From Candidatus Udaeobacter sp. (GTDB taxonomy: Bacteria; Patescibacteriota; Patescibacteriia; Magasanikbacterales; GWA2-37-8): 64,000 nucleotides of DNA. Below the pieces are notes generated by a model. That model made no database searches and was not told the DNA's origin. It saw only the letters and a program-made list of their open reading frames with translations. How positions within the stretch are numbered: the first letter of the stretch is position 1; every line of letters begins with the position of its first letter. A program made the position numbers and the translations under genes. The stretch spans positions 521 to 64,520 of the forward strand of contig DATION010000006.1 of the NCBI GenBank assembly GCA_035473115.1, given 5' to 3'. This document shows positions 9,468 through 18,804 of this stretch, piece after piece.

Positions 9468-12047
9468 ATGGAAGACAAAATAATAATCAAAGGAGCCAGA
9501 GTGCACAATTTAAAAAATGTTTCTTTGGAAATTCCCAAAAATAAAATGACAGTTTTTACCGGCGTATCCGGCAGTGGCAAGTCGTCGCTGGCTTTTGATA
9601 CTATTTTTGCCGAAGGCCAGCGCCGCTACATTGAATCTTTGTCGCCATATGCGCGGCAGTTTTTGGGCCAAATGGAACGGGCCGATGTGGATGAAATTAC
9701 TGGTCTGTCTCCGGCCATTGCCATTGGCCAGAAAGCTCTCAGTCATAATCCGCGCTCGATTGTGGGTACGCTCACCGAAATTTATGATTATCTGCGCGTG
9801 CTGTATGCGCGTTTGGGTGAAGTGTATTGTCCAACTGATGGCACCAAGATCGAAAAACTTTCTCCGGAAGAAATAGTTGATATTATTATTGGCATGGGCG
9901 CGGATTTAAAAGAAAAATTTGTGACAATTTTATCGCCGGTAGTGCGCGGCCGTAAAGGCGAGTATTATCAGATGCTGTATGACTTTTTAAATGAAGGCTA
10001 TGATCAGGCGCGCGTGGACGGAAAATTAATTTCTTTGCATGATCGAATCGAACTGTCTCGGTATAAAGTTCATAACATAGATATTGTAATGGATAGAGTA
10101 ATGATTAGCGATGAAACTCGTTTGTTTGAAGCGGTTGAAAATGCTTTGGCGCATAGCAAAGGGTTGGCCTCGGTAATTTTTCGCGAAGATAAGAAAGATG
10201 AACGCGCCAGATTATTTTCCAGTAATTGGTCTTGTCCGACTGATGGTTTTTCTTTTCCCGAAATTGAACCGCGCCTGTTTTCATTTAATAGTCCGGCCGG
10301 AGCCTGTGTAGCTTGCGGCGGCTTGGGGAAAACCGATATGTTTTCCAAAGTTATCTGTCCGGATTGCCAAGGAAAAAGATTAAAGCCGGAAGCCTTATCG
10401 GTAAGAATAAAAAATAAAAATATCTATGAAGTTTGCGCTTTGACGATAGAAGAAGCCCATGAATTTTTTAAAGATTATGAAAAAAATTTAAATGAACGCC
10501 AGCATTTAATTGCTCATAATGTGGTTAAAGAAATAAATGACCGCCTAAAGTTTTTATTGGAGGTTGGTCTTGATTATATTACTTTGATTCGTGAGGCGGA
10601 AACATTATCCGGTGGGGAAGCGCAGCGCATTCGTTTAGCTTCGCAGATTGGTTCGCATCTTTCTAATACATTATATGTTTTGGATGAGCCAACCATTGGT
10701 TTGCATGAACGTGATACGGAAAGATTGGTAAAAACTTTAAAATCTTTGCGTGATGAAAATAATACGGTGATTATTGTGGAGCATGATGAACGGACAATTA
10801 AAGAATCTGATTATTTGATTGATTTGGGGCCAATGGCAGGTGAGTTGGGCGGGGAAGTTGTTTTTGCTGATGATGCGCGGCCTATAATTGCGGATGCAGA
10901 AAAAAAATTATTAACTTTAAAACGAAAAGAAGCTGTGGTATCTGCTAAAGCCGAAAAAGCAAAACCAGTTTTTGATAATGGCAGATCACTTACCCTTAAA
11001 TATCTGACTGGAGAAAATAAAATTGAAGTGCCACAAAAGCGCCGTTGGAAAGAAACAGAAGAAATTTCTATCGTTGGCGCGCGAGCCAATAATTTAAAAA
11101 ATATTAATGTAAAAATTCCGTTGCGCAAGCTGGTCTGTATTTCCGGTGTGTCGGGCGGTGGCAAATCTTCGCTTTTGTATGATGTGCTTTATGAAAATAT
11201 TGTGCGGATAAAAAGCCGTTATAAAAAATTGGAAGATGTGGCCAAAATTACCGGTACGGAATATGTAGACAAGGCGATTATCGTTGATCAATCGCCAATT
11301 GGCCGTACACCAAGGTCTAATCCGGCAACTTACACCGGTATTTTTACGCCGATTCGTGATTTTTATGCCAGTTTGGAAGAATCCAGAATGCGCGGTTATA
11401 CGCATTCTCGGTTTTCTTTTAATGTGGCTGGCGGCCGCTGCGAAGCTTGTGAAGGCGCAGGCTTTAATGTGATTGAAATGCATTTTATGCCCGAAGTGGA
11501 AGTGCCGTGTGAAGTCTGTCATGGTAAAAGATTCAGTCGTGAAACTCTGCAAGTGAAACATAAAAATAAAAATATTAGCGATGTCTTGGAAATGACGGTC
11601 AATGAAGCCGTGAAGTTTTTTGAAAATATTTATTTGATTACTGATAAATTAAAAGTGTTGCAGGAAGTTGGTCTGGGTTACTTGCGTTTGGGTCAAAGCG
11701 CCACCACGCTTTCTGGCGGCGAGGCGCAGCGTATTAAATTAGCCAGAGAACTTACTGGTCCGCTGGGCAAGAAGACTTTGTATCTTTTGGATGAGCCAAC
11801 AGTTGGTTTGCATTACCATGATATTGAAATGCTATTAAAAGTTTTGAATAAATTGGTAGATAAAGGTAATTCGATTGTGGTAATTGAGCATAATTTGCAT
11901 ATTATAAAATGCGCGGATTATGTGATTGATATGGGGCCCGAAGGTGGAGCTAAAGGCGGAACCGTAGTGGCCAAAGGCACGCCCGAAGAAGTGGCGGATA
12001 ATCCAAATTCTTATACAGGCATGTATTTAAAAGAGTATTTGGATTAA
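9468..12047 (+). CDS. uvrA: Excinuclease ABC subunit A (compact, about 859 aa)
   Basis: N-terminus [17 protein letters not shown], two ABC ATPase modules (GVSGSGKSS twice), zinc-finger cysteines and LSGGE signatures. The ORF is open from 9423, but the homologous start is Met 9468. Confidence 0.93.
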   Translation: MEDKIIIKGARVHNLKNVSLEIPKNKMTVFTGVSGSGKSSLAFDTIFAEGQRRYIESLSPYARQFLGQMERADVDEITGLSPAIAIGQKALSHNPRSIVGTLTEIYDYLRVLYARLGEVYCPTDGTKIEKLSPEEIVDIIIGMGADLKEKFVTILSPVVRGRKGEYYQMLYDFLNEGYDQARVDGKLISLHDRIELSRYKVHNIDIVMDRVMISDETRLFEAVENALAHSKGLASVIFREDKKDERARLFSSNWSCPTDGFSFPEIEPRLFSFNSPAGACVACGGLGKTDMFSKVICPDCQGKRLKPEALSVRIKNKNIYEVCALTIEEAHEFFKDYEKNLNERQHLIAHNVVKEINDRLKFLLEVGLDYITLIREAETLSGGEAQRIRLASQIGSHLSNTLYVLDEPTIGLHERDTERLVKTLKSLRDENNTVIIVEHDERTIKESDYLIDLGPMAGELGGEVVFADDARPIIADAEKKLLTLKRKEAVVSAKAEKAKPVFDNGRSLTLKYLTGENKIEVPQKRRWKETEEISIVGARANNLKNINVKIPLRKLVCISGVSGGGKSSLLYDVLYENIVRIKSRYKKLEDVAKITGTEYVDKAIIVDQSPIGRTPRSNPATYTGIFTPIRDFYASLEESRMRGYTHSRFSFNVAGGRCEACEGAGFNVIEMHFMPEVEVPCEVCHGKRFSRETLQVKHKNKNISDVLEMTVNEAVKFFENIYLITDKLKVLQEVGLGYLRLGQSATTLSGGEAQRIKLARELTGPLGKKTLYLLDEPTVGLHYHDIEMLLKVLNKLVDKGNSIVVIEHNLHIIKCADYVIDMGPEGGAKGGTVVAKGTPEEVADNPNSYTGMYLKEYLD

Positions 12048-12089
12048 AATAAGTGTATAAATATCTGTCCATCACATGTTATCCTTCAT

Positions 12090-12545
12090 ATGAAAAAAAC
12101 TATTATTTCATCTCTAGCCGCGCTATTTTTTGTGGGATTAGTAATTGTAATTTTACAAAATCGTCGGCCATCCGCGCCTTTGAGTTCGCTTGACTTGACC
12201 AGTCCGCAACCCGGATTAGTTGTTGATACGCCAAAAGTAAATGCTTTGGTATCTTCGCCGCTAATTGTATCTGGGTATGTGGAAGGCAAAAACAGTTGGG
12301 GTGGATTTGAAGGCCAAGCGGGAACAGTCAAGTTGGTTGATAGTAATGGAAAATTTTTGGCAATGGATGTTTTAAAAGCGACAACTGATTGGACAAAACG
12401 GCCGACCAGTTTTACTGCCAGTTTAAATTTTGCTGCGCCGCAAACTACCAATGGCGCGCTAGTTTTTAGAAATGAAAATCCAACTGGCAATCCGGAGTTT
12501 GATCGAGAGTTTCGTTTATTAGTTAAATTTAAATGGGATGAATAA
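12090..12545 (+). CDS. Hypothetical secreted/membrane-anchored protein, possible Ig-like (Gmad2-type) domain
   Basis: N-terminal hydrophobic anchor followed by a beta-rich region (LIVSGYVEG…GTVKLVDSNGKFL). It overlaps the uvrC start by 8 nt. Confidence 0.4.
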   Translation: MKKTIISSLAALFFVGLVIVILQNRRPSAPLSSLDLTSPQPGLVVDTPKVNALVSSPLIVSGYVEGKNSWGGFEGQAGTVKLVDSNGKFLAMDVLKATTDWTKRPTSFTASLNFAAPQTTNGALVFRNENPTGNPEFDREFRLLVKFKWDE

Positions 12546-13704
12546 CTTACAAGAATCTGTAAAAGAATTTCCTTTATCTCCGGGAGTCTATATTTGGCGA
12601 GATAAAAATAATAAGCCGCTCTATGTTGGCCGGGCCACTTCTTTGCGTCGGCGAGTTTTACAATATTTCCGCAAAGATATTGATCCGCGCATCGGCGAGA
12701 TGGTGAGTTTGGCTAGTAAAGTTGAGCACCATCAAACGGCTAGTGTTTTGGAAGCGATTATTTTGGAAGCCAATTTAATAAAAAAATATTGGCCAAAGTA
12801 TAATGTTAAAGATAAAGATAATCGTTCATTTATTTATATTGTTTTTGCCAAAACTGATTTTCCTAAGCCGATCATTGTTCGGGGTAGGGAGTTAGAAAGT
12901 TTCCCTAAATCATCAGCACGGATTTTTGGTCCATACCAAAGTTTAACTTTAGTTCGCAATGCTTTAAAAATTATTCGGCGAATTTTTCCATATAGCACTT
13001 GTTTGCCAACTGGGAAGGCTTGTTTTGAACACCAAGTCGGTTTATGTCCGGGAGTTTGTGTGGGCGCGATAAGCAAACAAGATTATCAGAAAAATATTAA
13101 TAATATAATTTTACTTTTAAAAGGCGAAAAAAATCGGTTGTTAAAAAAACTAACTAAAGAAAACCCGGCAGCTGCTTTGGCTCTAAAACATTTTCAAGAT
13201 GTTACTTTAATTTCTCGGGAAGAATTTGAAGCCGGAGAGCAGAAGTTTAATCGCATTGAAGGTTATGATATTTCGCATTTTGCTGGCAAGGAAGTTTATG
13301 GTTCAATGGTCGTATTTACCAATGGCCAGCCGGACAAAAGCCAGTATCGGTTATTTAAAATAAAAACAGTGACCAATAATGATTTAGATGCTTTAAAAGA
13401 AATGATGGAACGCCGGTTAAAACATACAGAATGGCCAACACCAGATCTGATTTTGATTGATGGCGGCAAGCCGCAGATTGATTATTTAAGCAAAACGATG
13501 GTTGATTTTCAGGTTAAGTTTCCTTTCTTGGGACTCTCAAAGTTAAATGGTGATCATTTGGTATATCCTTCAGGAACAAAAAATGTGTTCAAGGACTTGG
13601 CGCTAACAATTAAAAGAACTCTGCAGGCTGTACGCGATGAAGCGCATCGTTTTGCCAATCGCGGCCGCAGCCGACGCTATAACTTGGATAATTTTGGCAG
13701 ATAA
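12538..13704 (+). CDS. uvrC: Excinuclease ABC subunit C, compact form (GIY-YIG + RNase H-like endonuclease domain; no C-terminal HhH pair)
   Basis: GIY-YIG motif (GVYIWRD…LYVGRA) and the UvrC endonuclease region (EGYDISHFAG…YRLFKIK…LILIDGGKPQ…DEAHRF). 388 aa versus about 600 aa typically. Confidence 0.85.
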   Translation: MNNLQESVKEFPLSPGVYIWRDKNNKPLYVGRATSLRRRVLQYFRKDIDPRIGEMVSLASKVEHHQTASVLEAIILEANLIKKYWPKYNVKDKDNRSFIYIVFAKTDFPKPIIVRGRELESFPKSSARIFGPYQSLTLVRNALKIIRRIFPYSTCLPTGKACFEHQVGLCPGVCVGAISKQDYQKNINNIILLLKGEKNRLLKKLTKENPAAALALKHFQDVTLISREEFEAGEQKFNRIEGYDISHFAGKEVYGSMVVFTNGQPDKSQYRLFKIKTVTNNDLDALKEMMERRLKHTEWPTPDLILIDGGKPQIDYLSKTMVDFQVKFPFLGLSKLNGDHLVYPSGTKNVFKDLALTIKRTLQAVRDEAHRFANRGRSRRYNLDNFGR

Positions 13705-13720
13705 AATGACGGCTGTTAGC

Positions 13721-13749
13721 TTGACTTTTGGAGTGGGGAGTGGTATAAG
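13721..13749 (+). promoter_or_regulatory. Sigma70-type promoter TTGACT-N17-(TGg)TATAAG
   Basis: TTGACT at 13721-13726 and TATAAG at 13744-13749 with 17-nt spacing and an upstream TGg. It is followed by an AGGAGG SD at 13757-13762. Confidence 0.5.
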
Positions 13750-13768
13750 TCAAGCAAGGAGGTTCAGG

Positions 13769-13873
13769 ATGAATAGGAAGGAAAAAATAGCTGTTGCTGT
13801 TTTGGTAATCATCGCAGCACCACTCGCTGTTTTTGTAGCTGGTGTTGCTTTGGCGACCTGTGGTGGTCTTTAA
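13769..13873 (+). CDS. 34-aa hydrophobic small membrane peptide (type I toxin-like architecture)
   Basis: ATG 6 nt after a perfect AGGAGG. The peptide is MNRKEKIAVAVLVIIAAPLAVFVAGVALATCGGL, a basic N-terminus followed by one TM helix. The annotated 78-aa ORF 13637-13873 is its upstream extension. Confidence 0.4.
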   Translation: MNRKEKIAVAVLVIIAAPLAVFVAGVALATCGGL

Positions 13874-13915
13874 TAAGCCACAAGTTGCTTTAGTTAGTTG
13901 TTCTTTTCGTCGTCG

Positions 13916-13957
13916 TCTCTGTTGTCGCTTCGGTGGCTTCAGAGATTTTGTTTTTTT
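13916..13957 (+). terminator. Hairpin + T-run after the small peptide gene
   Basis: tctctg … cagaga stem followed by ttttgttttttt. Confidence 0.45.
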
Positions 13958-13966
13958 ATTTAATCA

Positions 13967-13995
13967 TTGACTTTTTACTCGTAAAATAGTATAAG
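13967..13995 (+). promoter_or_regulatory. Second copy of the TTGACT-N17-TATAAG promoter
   Basis: TTGACT at 13967-13972 and TATAAG at 13990-13995. An AGAGGAG SD at 14024-14030 precedes the ATG at 14041. Confidence 0.5.
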
Positions 13996-14040
13996 TGAGC
14001 TACCAAGGTTTTTGATCAAACAAAGAGGAGTTCTTTGAAT

Positions 14041-14370
14041 ATGGAAGATCTGATTTTCCGGCTTATCTTTTGTCTCTGGAGAGCCAGCAGTAAGACACTA
14101 TCGATAGTTACGCTGGAAGGATGGCGTTTTCGTCGATGGGAAAAAAATCATCCTTCGCTTGAAGCTCTGCAAGCCCGGGAGCGTAGGTTGCAGGAGTTGC
14201 ACAGCCTAAATGAAATAGATATAGAGGCTATAAAGGAGCGTTGGCCTCTAGGTACGCCCCCTACAGTGGAGCTTACCAGTAGGCTTGTCAGGAGAGGAAA
14301 CATCAGCAAAGAGTTATTAAAACTCAGACAAGCCATCGAGAGAAAGAGGTCATGGCAAAGATTAGTTTAG
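14041..14370 (+). CDS. Hypothetical Arg/Glu-rich 109-aa protein
   Basis: ORF with a good SD. It is predicted helical and charged (…EALQARERRLQELHSLNEIDIEAIKERW…) with no recognisable family. Its G+C is higher than the flanks. The listed ORF starts at a TTG at 14035, which is too close to the SD. Confidence 0.45.
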   Translation: MEDLIFRLIFCLWRASSKTLSIVTLEGWRFRRWEKNHPSLEALQARERRLQELHSLNEIDIEAIKERWPLGTPPTVELTSRLVRRGNISKELLKLRQAIERKRSWQRLV

Positions 14371-14460
14371 TCGTTCGTTCATTGTTTTGTCGCCGTCACC
14401 GGAGAGGTCTCTGGGGGCGGTTGTTGTTTTTTTATTTAGATTTTCTAAAAACAATTTTTA

Positions 14461-15432
14461 GTGTACAATATATATTGTATGTTAAATATTTATAATCCCA
14501 ATAATCATGACGGTGATAAAACAGTTCCGATTCTAAAAAACGGAGCGGTAAATCATCCGGCTGGTGTGGATTTTACAAAATACGAAGATCCAAATAAAGA
14601 ATTTACTTCCCAGGAATTAAAATGGGGTTTTTGGTATGTAAAAAATAAAGCTTTTTTAAATAAATTTTTATTAATTATTTTAATTGGTATAAATGCGGTT
14701 TTAGTTTTTTTTAGTTTATGGCGATGGGGGAGTTATTTTTTAGATTGGCAGAACTCTCGGCAGACCGAAGCTAACTTGGCGGCCGGAGTCAATTATACCG
14801 GTCTGCAAGCTCATTTTAGCGCTCAGCCAATTCAGGCGGTAAATACGCAAATTTTCCCTAGCCGATCAAATAAGTATGACGCCGTGGCGGAGCTGATAAA
14901 CCCTAATAGCCGGTTTTTGGCAACGTTCAATTATTATTTTATTATTGATGGTGAAAAAACTCCGCTGCAAAAAACTTTTTTATTGCCCGGAGAAAATAGG
15001 TTGGTTACCTATTTGGGCATAAAAAATGGTACTGGCGGTACGCCAACAATTGTTTTAGAGAATATTGAGTATCAGCGCATTTCAGCTCATGAAGTTCCGG
15101 ATGCTGTTAGTTGGCAAGCTTATAGATTAAATTTTAAAGTTAGCGATTTTGTCTTTCTAAAATCTTTGGCTCAAGAAGGAATTAATACCGATGCTATTCA
15201 ATTTAAGCTTACTAATGCCAGTCCGTATAATTACGCGGCGCCGGATTTTTATGTAGCGCTTATGCAAAATGGACAGATGGTTGGTGTTTTGCCTCTTCAT
15301 CTGGATTCAATAAAATCTTTAGAGACAAAAGATATTGATCTGCGCTATTTTTTTGGCAATTTAAACATAAGCGAAATTGCGCTTTATCCGATTATCAATG
15401 TGTATGATAAAGGAGCCTACTTAGCTCCCTAG
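14461..15432 (+). CDS. Hypothetical single-pass membrane protein with a large extracytoplasmic domain
   Basis: 323-aa ORF with a TM segment FLLIILIGINAVLVFFSLW. It sits immediately upstream of the SEDS-family gene. No family recognised. Confidence 0.45.
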   Translation: MYNIYCMLNIYNPNNHDGDKTVPILKNGAVNHPAGVDFTKYEDPNKEFTSQELKWGFWYVKNKAFLNKFLLIILIGINAVLVFFSLWRWGSYFLDWQNSRQTEANLAAGVNYTGLQAHFSAQPIQAVNTQIFPSRSNKYDAVAELINPNSRFLATFNYYFIIDGEKTPLQKTFLLPGENRLVTYLGIKNGTGGTPTIVLENIEYQRISAHEVPDAVSWQAYRLNFKVSDFVFLKSLAQEGINTDAIQFKLTNASPYNYAAPDFYVALMQNGQMVGVLPLHLDSIKSLETKDIDLRYFFGNLNISEIALYPIINVYDKGAYLAP

Positions 15433-15447
15433 AACCACAGTTAATGT

Positions 15448-16542
15448 ATGTTAAGTTTTAATAAACTTTCACCGCGCAGTTTTGATTGGCCTCTTTTTAC
15501 GGCCGTTATTTTATTGGTTATGATGGGGATGGCCGCAGTTTATAGCGTTGACCTGTCTCGCGGCTCAGATCTGTTTTATTTTAAAAAACAGCTTTTGGCT
15601 TTGAGTATTGGCCTATTTTTTTTATTTGCAGCCGGATTAAGCCAGCATACTCTTTGGCGTTACTTGGCGAAGTGGTGGTATCTGTTTTCTTTATTATTAA
15701 TGGTTTCAGTTTTAGTTTTTGGAGCAACTATCCGTGGCACTAAAGGCTGGTTTTCTTTGGCCGGATTTTCTTTCCAGCCGGTAGAGATGGCCAAGATCGG
15801 TCTGATTTTAATGATTGCTTATATAATTTCTCGTTTTGGCCGCAGGTTTGATCATCCTTTATTTTTTTTCGGTTCGGGATTTTTTAGTTTTTTGCTTTTA
15901 ATTTTAACTATGTTGCAGCCGGATTTAGGTTCGGCGGTACTTTTGGGAATCATTTGGCTCGGTATGATTTGGGCGGTAGGGGCGCGGCGATTATATTTAG
16001 TCTTGTTGGCGATCGCAGTAGTAACTTTAGCAATCATCGGTTGGTTTTTTTTCTTAAAAGATTATCAAAAAGACCGTCTGGCTAATTTTATTAATCCGAG
16101 CCGGGATCCTTGGGTTAGCGGTTATAATGTCAATCAGTCAATTATCGCAGTTGGAGCGGGTAAAGTATTAGGCCGTGGTTTAGGTTTTGGTTCGCAGAGT
16201 CAGCTGCGGTTTTTGCCCGAAGCGCAAACCGATTTTATTTTTTCAGTTATTGGCGAAGAATTGGGTTTGGTGGGAGTGATAACTATGTTGGCTTTATTTG
16301 GGATACTGTTTTGGCGATTGCTGCTGATAATTCAAAAGTCAGATGACGATTTTGTGGCAGCCACGGCTACCGGTATTTTAGTTCTGTTTTTTTCTCAGCT
16401 GTTTATAAATGTTGGAGCCAATCTTGGTATTTTACCTGTTACCGGAGTTACCTTGCCATTTGTCAGTTATGGTGGGTCTTCTTTGATTATAAATCTGCTG
16501 CTGGTGGGTATCCTAGAAAGTATGATGATAAGGCGGTATTAG
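15448..16542 (+). CDS. SEDS-family peptidoglycan glycosyltransferase (FtsW/RodA/SpoVE)
   Basis: Multi-TM protein. It carries the conserved GYNVNQSIIAVGAG…GLGFGSQ…FLPEAQTDFIFSVIGEELG block. Confidence 0.9.
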   Translation: MLSFNKLSPRSFDWPLFTAVILLVMMGMAAVYSVDLSRGSDLFYFKKQLLALSIGLFFLFAAGLSQHTLWRYLAKWWYLFSLLLMVSVLVFGATIRGTKGWFSLAGFSFQPVEMAKIGLILMIAYIISRFGRRFDHPLFFFGSGFFSFLLLILTMLQPDLGSAVLLGIIWLGMIWAVGARRLYLVLLAIAVVTLAIIGWFFFLKDYQKDRLANFINPSRDPWVSGYNVNQSIIAVGAGKVLGRGLGFGSQSQLRFLPEAQTDFIFSVIGEELGLVGVITMLALFGILFWRLLLIIQKSDDDFVAATATGILVLFFSQLFINVGANLGILPVTGVTLPFVSYGGSSLIINLLLVGILESMMIRRY

Positions 16543-16592
16543 GTATTGACAAAATCCGCAAAATAATTTAGTATTAGTCCATAGAAAAATAT

Positions 16593-16961
16593 ATGTTGCC
16601 AAATGACAAAAAATCAGATTCTTGGCGAAAAACTCTAAAGTTGATCAGCCACTGTCCGATTTGTGGCCATGATTATAAGTCAAAATCAAGCAAACTATTT
16701 ATAAACGAGAGCGAGGCCAGATTTGTTCATTTTACCTGCGATCACTGTCAAAGCAACTTTATGGCTATGGTCATGATGCTGCCCAAAGGTATGAGTACGG
16801 TAGGAATGGTGACAGATTTAAGTTTAAAAGACGTTGAAAAATTATATAAATTATCGCCAATTACGGTAGATGAAGCGATAGAAGGACACAAAATTTTTAA
16901 TAATCCGGATTTTATCAGCGCTCTCAAGCGCAATCCCGAATCGGCGGGGACAAATTACTAA
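16593..16961 (+). CDS. Hypothetical zinc-ribbon protein
   Basis: CPICGH…CDHCQS. The CxxC…CxxC pair suggests a zinc ribbon. Upstream promoter TTGACA-N17-TAGTAT. Confidence 0.45.
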   Translation: MLPNDKKSDSWRKTLKLISHCPICGHDYKSKSSKLFINESEARFVHFTCDHCQSNFMAMVMMLPKGMSTVGMVTDLSLKDVEKLYKLSPITVDEAIEGHKIFNNPDFISALKRNPESAGTNY

Positions 16962-16973
16962 CATTATTATTGT

Positions 16974-17678
16974 ATGACATTCAAAATTGTAGCGGCTACC
17001 AGAACAGAAAAAGGAGAAAAAATTAGAACCAAGACTGCTCTTCCAGCCGTAGTTTACGGTATGGGCGGACCGGCCGCTTCCGTAACTTTGAATTACGAAG
17101 ATTTTGCCAAGCTTTATGAACAAGCCGGTGAAGCTAGTTTGATCGATTTATTTTTGGGAGACAAAGCTGACGGCAAAGTTTTGATTCAAGACATTGCTTA
17201 TGATCCGGTTTCTGATCGTATGGTGCATGTTGATTTGCGCCGCATTGATATGAACAAAGAAATGACTGCGACTGTAGAGTTAAGATTTACCGGCGAATCA
17301 CCAGTTATTAAAGCTCAAGGTGGTACTTTAATGCGCAATCTTGAATCTGTAGAAGTAAAATGTTTGCCAAAAGATCTTGTTTCTCACATTGATGTTGATT
17401 TAAATGTGTTAAATACCTTTGATGACGTTATTAAAATTAAGAATTTGACTGTTCCAGCTGGAATCACTATTACCAGTCCTCATGCCGAAGACTTGGTAGC
17501 CAAAGCTACCGCCGCTTTGACTGAAGAAGAAATCAAAGCTATGGAAGCAGCTTCTGCTCCAGTTGATTTGAGCAAGATTGAAACAGCTGGCAAGAAGAAA
17601 GAAGAAGCTGAAGAAGGCGCCGAAGAAGGCAAGCCTGCAGCTGCTGAAAAGGAAGAGAAGAAAGAAGAAAAGAAATAA
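16974..17678 (+). CDS. rplY: Ribosomal protein L25/general stress protein Ctc with a long Lys/Glu/Ala-rich C-terminal tail
   Basis: N-terminal KIVAATRTEKGEKIRTKTALPAVVYG… matches the L25/Ctc fold. The C-terminal 40 aa are a low-complexity acidic/basic tail. Confidence 0.85.
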   Translation: MTFKIVAATRTEKGEKIRTKTALPAVVYGMGGPAASVTLNYEDFAKLYEQAGEASLIDLFLGDKADGKVLIQDIAYDPVSDRMVHVDLRRIDMNKEMTATVELRFTGESPVIKAQGGTLMRNLESVEVKCLPKDLVSHIDVDLNVLNTFDDVIKIKNLTVPAGITITSPHAEDLVAKATAALTEEEIKAMEAASAPVDLSKIETAGKKKEEAEEGAEEGKPAAAEKEEKKEEKK

Positions 17679-17691
17679 TTATAAAAAAATA

Positions 17692-17723
17692 AAACACTCC
17701 AATATCGGAGTGTTTTATTTTTT
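17692..17723 (+). terminator. Rho-independent terminator after rplY
   Basis: Stem aaacactcc / ggagtgttt with loop aatatc, followed by ttattttttag. Confidence 0.7.
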
Positions 17724-17750
17724 AGTTAAATTTTGGTATAGTATAAGGGT

Positions 17751-18800
17751 ATGTTACGTAAGTATTGGCCGCCGATTATTATTTTAACTTTAATTTCCCT
17801 GACTGCAATTACGGGGTTATTTTTTTATTTTTATCCATCGCAAGAATTATTGCGCGCCGCGGAAAATAACGAATCAGTTTCAGTTTCTGCGGCCAAATAT
17901 TTAAATCCTTTGGATGGCACGCCAGTTAAAACAAAAGCGGATTCCGTAGTGCAAGTTGTAGGAATAATGATAGATAACCATCCCGACGCGCGTCCCGAAT
18001 CAGGAGTTTCTAAAGCCAAAATAGTTTATGAAGTGCCGGTTGAGGGTGGCATTACTCGCTACTTTGCTATCTTTGATAGTAAGCAGGTTGTGTCAGAAGT
18101 CGGGCCGGTGCGTAGCGCTCGATCTTATTTTTTGGATTGGCTGCAAGAGTACGGCAATGGATTGTATTTGCATTCTGGCGGTTCACCGGAAGCTTTGAAT
18201 TTAATTAAATCTAGGAAAATTTTTGATGCCAATGAATTTTTCTGGGGGGAGTACTACTGGCGAAGCCAAGATAGAGAAGCGCCGCATAATTTGTATACTA
18301 GCAGTGATAATTGGCAGAAAATTATTAATCAATACGGGAGTACCAGTTCATTATTTACCGCGTATAAAGCTTGGAAATACGCTCGTACGGTTGGAGAGAC
18401 AGCCGCAACTTCCAGTTTATTAACAATTCCTTATGATCAGTATTACACAGTGACCTGGAATTATAACTCTAAAGAATTAAATTATAGCCGCAGCCGTAAT
18501 GATAAAAAAGAGATTGATAAAGACGTAACGCCAGTCACCGCTCGAAATATTTTGGTGCAAATAACTAAAGTTGCAGATATTGCTAATGATGACAAAGGCC
18601 GTAAAGCGCTGGTTACAGTCGGCAGCGGTGACGCCATAATTTTAAAAAAAGGCGCGGTTATTTATGGAACTTGGAAAAAAAGTTCTCTTGCCAGCCGCAC
18701 TCGGTTTTACACTAAAGATAACAAAGAAGTAGTTTTGGTGCCGGGTAATACTTGGGTGCAGGTGGTGCCGAGCGATGTGAATGTAGAGGTGTCTCGCTAA
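17751..18800 (+). CDS. Probable DUF3048-family (YerB-like) secreted/membrane-anchored protein
   Basis: N-terminal anchor, then a region (MIDNHPDARPESG…YEVPVEGGITRYFAIF) typical of the DUF3048 family. The promoter TGgTATAGT ends about 8 nt before the ATG, so the mRNA may be leaderless. Confidence 0.5.
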   Translation: MLRKYWPPIIILTLISLTAITGLFFYFYPSQELLRAAENNESVSVSAAKYLNPLDGTPVKTKADSVVQVVGIMIDNHPDARPESGVSKAKIVYEVPVEGGITRYFAIFDSKQVVSEVGPVRSARSYFLDWLQEYGNGLYLHSGGSPEALNLIKSRKIFDANEFFWGEYYWRSQDREAPHNLYTSSDNWQKIINQYGSTSSLFTAYKAWKYARTVGETAATSSLLTIPYDQYYTVTWNYNSKELNYSRSRNDKKEIDKDVTPVTARNILVQITKVADIANDDKGRKALVTVGSGDAIILKKGAVIYGTWKKSSLASRTRFYTKDNKEVVLVPGNTWVQVVPSDVNVEVSR

Positions 18801-18804
18801 TTTT

